Assembly: GCA_000743035.1 (NCBI GenBank)
Contig: CP008936.1
Location: forward strand, 750,001 to 782,000
Source: Candidatus Paracaedimonas acanthamoebae
Lineage (GTDB): Bacteria > Pseudomonadota > Alphaproteobacteria > Caedimonadales > Caedimonadaceae
Direction: 5' to 3'
Length of the DNA: 32,000 nt
Shown: piece by piece, positions 25,971 to 32,000 of the stretch
Position numbering within the stretch: the stretch's first letter is position 1
Layout: each line of letters opens with the position of its first letter
Translations under genes and position numbers: made by a program
Notes under the pieces: model-generated
Told to the model about the DNA's origin: nothing
The model's input: the letters and a program-made list of their open reading frames with translations, nothing else
Database searches by the model: none

Positions 25971-26019
25971 TACAATGGCATTGTAGAGGTCAGGGGTTCA
26001 ATCCCCCTTGGTTCCACCA
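25971..26019 (+). repeat. Right copy of 49-nt direct repeat: tRNA-Ala 3' fragment (att-like island boundary)
   Basis: TACAATGGCATTGTAGAGGTCAGGGGTTCAATCCCCCTTGGTTCCACCA equals tRNA positions 28-76 with 2 mismatches. The 5' half of a tRNA is absent. Confidence 0.9.
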
Positions 26020-26132
26020 AATATATCATTTGTTTAATTCTATTAATAAAATCTCTCATCATACAATAAGTGACATTTTCATAAAGTTTAACTAAGAAAG
26101 GTTAGTTAACGCCTTTTCATTGATTCAAGCAT

Positions 26133-26163
26133 AAAAAAACCGCGCCAAAAAGGCGCGGTTTTT
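26133..26163 (-). terminator. Rho-independent (bidirectional-looking) terminator downstream of the porin gene
   Basis: A7, then CCGCGCC, AAAAA loop, GGCGCGG, then T5. On the minus strand the hairpin is followed by U7. It lies 23 nt after the stop of the 26186-26791 gene. Confidence 0.75.
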
Positions 26164-26185
26164 CTTGACGTTGAGGTCGTTTAGA

Positions 26186-26791
26186 CTACCACTTGTAGCT
26201 AACGCGGCCTGTAACGTCTGTGACTCTTGCTGTAGCCTTAACATTAGTACCTTTTTCATGGTGCTTCTTGTACATTGTGTGAGTTGCTTCAACACCAACT
26301 ACAACATGTTCAGATGCCATGAAGGAAGCTCCAAGACCTGGTACAAATGCAATTTTACGCTTTTTATGATTTTCCAATTTCCAAGAAGCTGAAGAAACAC
26401 CAGCCTTTACGTAAAGAAGAGCATTTCCACACACGAAACCTGGACGAAATGCAGCGCCAAATTCATTTTCTCTTTTAAATTTCAGATTAGAAGTACCAGC
26501 GTTAATCTTGCCTTCGTGCTTACCGATGTTACCAAATGCTTCAAGTCCGAGATAAAGCTTATTGTTGAATTCTTTACCAAAACCAACATGAAGACCACCA
26601 ACAACACCATTGCTTCCCAAATCAATATTTGTTTGAGCGCCTACTGTAGAGTCTTTAATTTTTGTTTTACCGGAACCGTAACCAAGGTGACCACCAACGT
26701 AGAAACCGGAGAAGTTCTTACCTTCCATCGCAGCATTCGCAGCAGATGCGAGAACTGCAGCGCTTGCAACTGTAAGTGCTAATTTTTTCAT
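26186..26791 (-). CDS. Small outer-membrane beta-barrel protein (Omp25/Omp31/OmpA-beta-barrel-like)
   Basis: Signal peptide MKKLALTVASAAVLASAANA, alternating beta-strand pattern (FYVGGHLGYG, LYLGLEAFG, YVKAGV) and C-terminal aromatic ...RVSYKW. I prefer ATG 26791, which has AGGA 6 nt upstream, over ATG 26803. Confidence 0.85.
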   Translation of the reverse strand: MKKLALTVASAAVLASAANAAMEGKNFSGFYVGGHLGYGSGKTKIKDSTVGAQTNIDLGSNGVVGGLHVGFGKEFNNKLYLGLEAFGNIGKHEGKINAGTSNLKFKRENEFGAAFRPGFVCGNALLYVKAGVSSASWKLENHKKRKIAFVPGLGASFMASEHVVVGVEATHTMYKKHHEKGTNVKATARVTDVTGRVSYKW

Positions 26792-26857
26792 ATTTATCCT
26801 CATATAAGGTTGTTTTAAACTAAATCCAAAAAGACTTATTTCTTTTCGAATGCCATC

Positions 26858-26886
26858 ATATTGTTATGTCTGACTAATCAGGTCAA
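26858..26886 (-). promoter_or_regulatory. Candidate promoter of the porin gene
   Basis: On the minus strand: TTGACC (26886-26881), 17-nt spacer, CAATAT (26863-26858). Pattern match only. Confidence 0.3.
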
Positions 26887-27012
26887 CTACGTAGAAGGAT
26901 TTTTCTGTGTGAAACTTTTCCCTGTGTCTTTTGTGCAACATATTACAATACTAGGCAGAAAGGCGAATATCTGATAAAATTATTTGAATATATAAAAGGA
27001 AAGAATTTTCTA

Positions 27013-28362
27013 ATGTCCACGCCCATTTTACGATTTGCCCCGAGCCCGACAGGATTGTTGCATATTGGCAACGCACGCACTGCTTTAATCAATTGGTTAT
27101 TTGCCAGAAAAAATAAAGCGACATTTATCCTAAGGTTGGACGATACAGATCTTATGCGTTCAAAGCAGCAATACGAGCAAGCCATTTATGAAGATTTAAA
27201 ATGGCTTGGGCTTACCTATGATCGTATTGAGTGGCAATCAAAGCGCTTGCAAGAATATGAGAAAGCAGCAGATGCTTTAAAATCATCTGGGAGATTATAT
27301 GCATGTTATGAAACACCTGAAGAGCTTGAGTTTAAACGTCGCCGCCTTTTATCTCAAGGACGTCCGCCCATCTATGATCGTGCAGCCTTGAATCTAACGA
27401 CTGAAGAGCATGATCGTTTCCTTAAAGAGGGGCGCAAACCTCATTGGCGATTTAAATTAATGCCTGAAGCAATTTCTTGGAAAGATCTCATTCGAGGCGA
27501 TATTAGTTTTGAAGGCGAAAATTTGAGTGACCCTATTTTGATTCGTGAAGATCATTCCCCTGTATATACGCTTTCTTCTGTGGTCGATGATATTGATTTT
27601 GGGATTACGCATGTTATTCGTGGCGAAGATCATATTACAAATACAGCAATTCAGCTTCAACTTATTGAAGCGCTTGGCGCTAATTCCAAGGATTTTACTT
27701 TTGGTCATGTTCAGTATCTACTTGGTGAACAGGGAGAAAGCCTTTCAAAAAGGATTGGCAGCCTTAGTTTGCGTCAGCTGCAAGAAGAAGGCTATGAAGC
27801 TTGTGCTCTTGCAAGCTACCTTGTAAAACTTGGAACTTCGGAAGATATCTCCCCTGCCCTTTCTCTTGATCAGTTAATTAATGAGTTTGACATTAGTCAT
27901 GTTGGCCGAGCGGCTCCTCGTTTTAGTAAGAACATGCTTGATCGAATGAATGCAAGATTGCTACGCCAGCAGTCTTATAATCATATTCAAGCTCGTCTTG
28001 CTGAAGAAGGTCTCCACTATATTCATGAAGAATTTTGGAATACATGCCATGGCAATATTGATAAGCTTATGGATTTAAAACATATATGGAATGTTTGTAC
28101 GCAAGAGCTAACGCCAAGAATTGAAGATGCATCATATTTAGAAAAAGCTTGTAAATCTCTACCCCTTGAGCCTTGGACTTCTGAAACCTGGATTATATGG
28201 ACTCAGGCTTTAAAAGAAGAAACAGGCCGTAAAGGAAGAGATCTATTTATGCCTTTAAGACAGGCTCTAACAGGCGAAGATCATGGGCCAGAAATGAAAG
28301 AATTATTGCCGCTTATTGGTCGAGAAAAAGCTCTTAAGCGCCTGCAAGGAAAGGTTGCATAG
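27013..28362 (+). CDS. gltX: Glutamyl-tRNA synthetase
   Basis: RFAPSPTGLLHIGNARTAL (HIGH), VIRGEDHITNT, LSKRIGSLS (KMSKS variant). The 449-aa length fits short alphaproteobacterial GluRS. Confidence 0.93.
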   Translation: MSTPILRFAPSPTGLLHIGNARTALINWLFARKNKATFILRLDDTDLMRSKQQYEQAIYEDLKWLGLTYDRIEWQSKRLQEYEKAADALKSSGRLYACYETPEELEFKRRRLLSQGRPPIYDRAALNLTTEEHDRFLKEGRKPHWRFKLMPEAISWKDLIRGDISFEGENLSDPILIREDHSPVYTLSSVVDDIDFGITHVIRGEDHITNTAIQLQLIEALGANSKDFTFGHVQYLLGEQGESLSKRIGSLSLRQLQEEGYEACALASYLVKLGTSEDISPALSLDQLINEFDISHVGRAAPRFSKNMLDRMNARLLRQQSYNHIQARLAEEGLHYIHEEFWNTCHGNIDKLMDLKHIWNVCTQELTPRIEDASYLEKACKSLPLEPWTSETWIIWTQALKEETGRKGRDLFMPLRQALTGEDHGPEMKELLPLIGREKALKRLQGKVA

Positions 28363-28367
28363 CACCA

Positions 28368-29729
28368 ATGCTTAAGCTTTATAATACTCTGACAAGGCGA
28401 CTAGAGCCTTTTACTCCCCTTAACCCACATAAAGTAGGTTTATATGTATGTGGTCCCACCGTTTATGACCGTGCACATCTTGGGAATGCACGCCCTTATA
28501 CGGTATTTGATGTGTTAGTAAGGTTGTTGCGTACAACGCATGAGGTGACGTACGTTAGGAATATTACAGATATTGATGATAAGATTATTAATGCTTCTCT
28601 TCAAACCGGTGAATCCATTGAAACAATTACCCGCAAAACAACAGTATTTTTTCATGAAGATATGGCAGCTTTAGGAAATCTTCCACCAACGATTGAGCCT
28701 AAAGCGACAGGACATATCAATGAAATGATTGAAATGATTGAACTGCTGCTACAAAGAGGGTTTGCTTATGCCCAAGATGGTCATGTTCTTTTTCATGTTC
28801 CTAGTTTCCCCAACTATGGGACTCTTTCTGGTTGTAAGTGTGAAGAAATAATTGCTGGAGCTCGCATTGAAGTTGCTCCTTATAAAAAAGATCCCACGGA
28901 TTTCGTTCTGTGGAAACCTTCAACCTCTGAGCAACCAGGTTGGGAAAGTCCGTGGGGACGAGGTCGGCCTGGATGGCATATTGAATGTTCGGCCATGAGT
29001 TTTAAGCACCTTGGAATTAATTTTGATATCCATGGTGGAGGCCAAGATTTGATCTTTCCTCATCATGAGAATGAGATTGCTCAAAGTACGGCTGTGTACG
29101 GTATTGGTACCTTTGCTCGTTATTGGATGCACAATGGAATTTTATTAGTCAATGGTGAAAAAATGTCTAAGTCTCTCGGAAATTTTATAACAATCCAAGA
29201 TTTGCTTAGTCAGGCACGTGGTGAGATTATAAGATTTGCTCTCCTTTCTACCCATTATCGACAACCACTCGATTGGACGAACGACACACTTATGCAAGCA
29301 AAGGCATCTCTTAACCGTCTTTATACAGCTCTTGAGGGGTTTGTAGGCGAGAATTTACAGCAAATCGATCAAGATGTTTTAAGGGCTTTACAAGATGATC
29401 TTAACACTCCACTTGCAATTGCTCGGCTCCATGAATTAGCGCGCGAAGCCAATAAAAAGGAAAAAGGTCAAGCTAAGGAAGAAATTCAAGCTAGGCTTAA
29501 GGCAAGTGCTGCCTTTTTAGGTCTTTTACAATGTTCTTCTGAAGCGTGGTTTAAATCTGATTGCACTCAAGGTTTAAGTTCTGAAACCATAGAAGAGCTT
29601 ATTATGCAACGTCGGGTAGCAAGAGAAGCCAAAGATTTCAAAAAAGCTGATCAAATCCGTCTAAACCTTGAAGAAAAAGGTATTTTACTCCTTGATTCGG
29701 CAGAAGGGACAAGCTGGCGCCGAAAGTAA
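28368..29729 (+). CDS. cysS: Cysteinyl-tRNA synthetase
   Basis: YVCGPTVYDRAHLGNAR (HIGH-type), WHIECSAM, GGGQDLIFPHHENE, KMSKSLGN. It starts 5 nt after the gltX stop. Confidence 0.95.
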   Translation: MLKLYNTLTRRLEPFTPLNPHKVGLYVCGPTVYDRAHLGNARPYTVFDVLVRLLRTTHEVTYVRNITDIDDKIINASLQTGESIETITRKTTVFFHEDMAALGNLPPTIEPKATGHINEMIEMIELLLQRGFAYAQDGHVLFHVPSFPNYGTLSGCKCEEIIAGARIEVAPYKKDPTDFVLWKPSTSEQPGWESPWGRGRPGWHIECSAMSFKHLGINFDIHGGGQDLIFPHHENEIAQSTAVYGIGTFARYWMHNGILLVNGEKMSKSLGNFITIQDLLSQARGEIIRFALLSTHYRQPLDWTNDTLMQAKASLNRLYTALEGFVGENLQQIDQDVLRALQDDLNTPLAIARLHELAREANKKEKGQAKEEIQARLKASAAFLGLLQCSSEAWFKSDCTQGLSSETIEELIMQRRVAREAKDFKKADQIRLNLEEKGILLLDSAEGTSWRRK

Positions 29730-29733
29730 AAGG

Positions 29734-30558
29734 CTAGCTTGTACTCTTAAGAGCTTGCTTCAGCATCAAAAGGTCAAGCCAAGCTAGACGCTTTTGTCCA
29801 GGGGCACGCAATAAATATGCCGGGTGAAAGATAGCTAAGGTCTTTATAGGTTTTGTCATGGTGGAAGTTTGATATGAAAGCCATTTCCCACGAAGTTTCA
29901 TAATACCTTCATTCGATTGAAGGATTGTTTTTGCTGATGTGCCACCAACAAGAATAAGAAAATCTGGAGAAACTAATTCGATGTGCCTTTCCACAAAGGG
30001 GAGACAAAGATTAGTTTCACTGGATGTTGGTTGGCGATTTCCTGGAGGGCGCCAAAAAATAATATTTGTAATATAAATAGTAGTTCTATCAAGTCCGATA
30101 GCAGCAAACATACGATCAAGTAATTTTCCACTTAACCCCACAAAAGGTAAACCTTGTCGGTCTTCATCTGCGCCTGGCGCTTCTCCAATAAGCATTACCT
30201 TTGCTTGGGGGTTTCCATCACTAAATACAGTATTTGTTGCTGTTTTTTTGAGTGGGCACTCATTATAGTTTTCAACAATAGTCCTTAATTCATGAAGTGT
30301 TTTTGCCTGTGCTGCTAGATTCTTTGTTGATCCGGCATGAGGCATTAAATTGAAAGAGCTTTTCTCTTTATTTGGCATAAGTTTGTCCGTTTGATTAATA
30401 ATAGGTTTTGCATTATTAGCGGCCAAATTATCCTCCTTTAATTTAGTCAATCTCTTTGAGGCGATTATTTTATTTGTTGGAGATGTCTCAAATACTTCAT
30501 CAATGCCTAGCTCATAAAGAAATTTTAGAGTTTCGTAATCTTGCTTATTATTGTGCAT
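29734..30558 (-). CDS. Uracil-DNA glycosylase, family 4, with N-terminal extension
   Basis: LIGEAPGADEDRQGLPFVGLSGKLLD and ...NIIFWRPPGNRQP... are family-4 UDG motifs. Its ATG directly abuts the aroK stop (TGAATG). Confidence 0.88.
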   Translation of the reverse strand: MHNNKQDYETLKFLYELGIDEVFETSPTNKIIASKRLTKLKEDNLAANNAKPIINQTDKLMPNKEKSSFNLMPHAGSTKNLAAQAKTLHELRTIVENYNECPLKKTATNTVFSDGNPQAKVMLIGEAPGADEDRQGLPFVGLSGKLLDRMFAAIGLDRTTIYITNIIFWRPPGNRQPTSSETNLCLPFVERHIELVSPDFLILVGGTSAKTILQSNEGIMKLRGKWLSYQTSTMTKPIKTLAIFHPAYLLRAPGQKRLAWLDLLMLKQALKSTS

Positions 30559-31101
30559 TCACTTCCAAAACCTTTCAGCCAACTCTTCTATAATTCTATC
30601 TACTGTCAAGTCGGGAGCTTGATCATCACAGTCAATGTGAATATCTGCCTCTGCATAAATTGGATCATAACTTTCAATAAGATTTTTAAGGATCTCTTTT
30701 TTATCCCCTTTTTCTAGTTGTGGCCTATGAGTGCGGCGTTCAACCCTTGGGAAGATCGTGTCAACAGAGGCTTTAAGCCAAATAGAATAAGAATTCTCTT
30801 TTATAATTTTGCGTGTCTCTGGCATAATAAAAGCTTCAACACCAGTTGAGAGTACATGGGGGCGCTCCATTAATAAACGAGAAACAATGCGCCGTTCAGT
30901 ATCTCGAAATGCTTGCTCGCCATACCAAGCAAAAATGTTAGCAACAGTTTGTCCAGCGGCAGCTTCAACCTCTTGATCCGAGTCTTTAAACTGTACTCCT
31001 AGCTGCTTTGAAAGCTTTTTTCCTATGCTTGTTTTTCCGACTCCCATCATTCCCACAAGGGTAAGAGTTTTTGGTAATATAATCAATTTCGACGTGCGCA
31101 T
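30559..31101 (-). CDS. aroK: Shikimate kinase
   Basis: P-loop LVGMMGVGKTSIGKKLSKQLG, then DSDQEVE and GEQAFRDTE. The 180-aa size fits. Confidence 0.9.
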   Translation of the reverse strand: MRTSKLIILPKTLTLVGMMGVGKTSIGKKLSKQLGVQFKDSDQEVEAAAGQTVANIFAWYGEQAFRDTERRIVSRLLMERPHVLSTGVEAFIMPETRKIIKENSYSIWLKASVDTIFPRVERRTHRPQLEKGDKKEILKNLIESYDPIYAEADIHIDCDDQAPDLTVDRIIEELAERFWK

Positions 31102-31146
31102 AGTTTATACCTTATTCTTGTAGTGACGCACTCCGCGAATAAAACT

Positions 31147-31176
31147 TTGCGAAAGGCTTCTCTCTTATCGTATAGT
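31147..31176 (+). promoter_or_regulatory. Candidate promoter for the small ORF and xerD
   Basis: TTGCGA (31147-31152), 18-nt spacer, TATAGT (31171-31176). About 33 nt upstream of ATG 31209. Confidence 0.35.
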
Positions 31177-31208
31177 ATGGAAAAATATACAAGCAGGAGT
31201 TAATATAA

Positions 31209-31358
31209 ATGCGTGTCCCATTCAAAATTTTGTTGTTCATCCTACTTATACTATTCATAGGTGGTATTATAGCTCTTTCTGGATGGGAAATTCCAGCCCC
31301 TTCTACTGAGGTCAGAAAATCAATTTCCACAGATAAGATTTTTACAAGAACCAAGTGA
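31209..31358 (+). CDS. Small (49 aa) single-pass membrane protein, not in the ORF track
   Basis: MRVPFKILLFILLILFIGGIIALSGWEIPAPSTEVRKSISTDKIFTRTK. AGGAG lies 9 nt upstream of the ATG and a candidate promoter is upstream. Its stop TGA overlaps the GTG of xerD (GTGA). Confidence 0.5.
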   Translation: MRVPFKILLFILLILFIGGIIALSGWEIPAPSTEVRKSISTDKIFTRTK

Positions 31359-32000
31359 AATATCTAAGTCAATTTTTAGAAAGTTTATCTGCTGAGCGAG
31401 GGTATGCTTTAAATACGCTTGAAGCCTACGCCAGAGATATAAAAGATTTTAATATATTTTTGAAAGGTAAGGTGTTGGAAGAAGTTAAGAAAACCGACAT
31501 CCAACAATACCTTCTTCATCTTAAAGAACGCATTATAGCATCTTCTTCGCGTGCAAGGAAACTTTCTGCTTTAAGGCAGTTTTTTAGTTTTTTAGTTGAA
31601 GAAGAAGTTATCTTTGATAATCCAACTCTCTTAATTGATTTACCGAAACAAGAGCGCCGCCTTCCAAAAACGCTTACTGAAGAAGAAGTTTTTGCATTAA
31701 TCGAAGCAACACGAGAGCTTGATAGTCGAGAGCGAGTTAGGCTTTCTTGTTTACTTGAGATTCTCTATGCAACGGGAATGCGAGTTTCTGAACTTGTAAG
31801 TCTTCACTTAAAGACAGCATTATTAGCTTTAAGAACGGCTCAAGAAAAGGGAGAGGCTTTTTTTATCATTAAGGGTAAAGGAAATGTTGAAAGACTAACC
31901 CCATTAACATCTTCAGCCATTAAGGCTTTAGAAGATTACTTAAAAGTAAGAGAAACATTTGAAGTCAGTGTTCATGGAAAGAAATGGCTCTTTCCTTCAA
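31355..32000 (+). CDS. xerD: Tyrosine recombinase XerD (5' partial, runs off the window)
   Basis: The translation VKYLSQFLESLSAERGYALNTLEAYARDIKDFNIFL...SSSRARKLSALRQFFSFLVEEEVIFDNPT...LPKTLTEEEVFALIEA...LLEILYATGMRVSELVSL matches the XerD N-terminal and early catalytic domains. The GTG start is inferred. The frame is open to the window end. Confidence 0.85.
   Translation, partial: MKYLSQFLESLSAERGYALNTLEAYARDIKDFNIFLKGKVLEEVKKTDIQQYLLHLKERIIASSSRARKLSALRQFFSFLVEEEVIFDNPTLLIDLPKQERRLPKTLTEEEVFALIEATRELDSRERVRLSCLLEILYATGMRVSELVSLHLKTALLALRTAQEKGEAFFIIKGKGNVERLTPLTSSAIKALEDYLKVRETFEVSVHGKKWLFPS

Noticed and set aside
26165-26782. Plus-strand ORFs 26165-26392 and 26516-26782, antisense to the porin gene
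   Set aside because: The porin frame has a signal peptide, beta-barrel pattern, SD and terminator. The antisense ORFs are Cys-rich chance frames.
26943-27185. 80-aa minus-strand ORF overlapping the gltX start; also 27457-27708, 27545-27826 and 28920-29132 inside gltX/cysS
   Set aside because: They are embedded in unambiguous aminoacyl-tRNA synthetase genes.
31112-31354. 80-aa minus-strand ORF between aroK and xerD
   Set aside because: It has no SD and an odd composition. The opposite strand carries a better-supported small ORF with promoter, SD and coupling to xerD.

Overview
AT-rich bacterial chromosomal window (composition judged by eye, not computed). The housekeeping backbone is pip, ddpX, a CheY-like regulator, tRNA-Ala, an Omp25/31-like porin, gltX-cysS, a family-4 UDG, aroK and xerD. 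This fits an alphaproteobacterium. A eukaryotic-like kinase, LRR proteins and several decayed genes suggest a host-associated or intracellular lifestyle; the taxon and lifestyle are inference only. The main feature is a ~13 kb island inserted at the 3' end of tRNA-Ala(GGC). It is bounded by a 49-nt direct repeat of the tRNA 3' part (12937-12985 and 25971-26019). The island carries a 2233-aa CdiA/FhaB-like polymorphic toxin with a VENN motif and a tightly coupled immunity gene. It also carries a decayed orphan toxin-tip/immunity copy, remnants of conjugation genes (coupling-protein 3' fragment, relaxase/helicase pseudogene) and an overlapping pair of secreted orphan proteins, one with a deaminase-like motif arrangement. 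No cdiB/TpsB transporter, no recognisable TPS domain and no integrase are visible. Outside the island, a 1331-aa protein has a receptor-kinase-like layout: signal peptide, large N-terminal region, Pro/Thr stalk, TM helix, Hanks-type kinase and Tyr-rich tail. Other items are a frameshifted LRR gene, tandem acyltransferase-3 paralogs and a divergent MBL-hydrolase/CheY pair. No CRISPR array, rRNA or intact transposase was seen. All family calls come from motif recognition by eye, with no database search.
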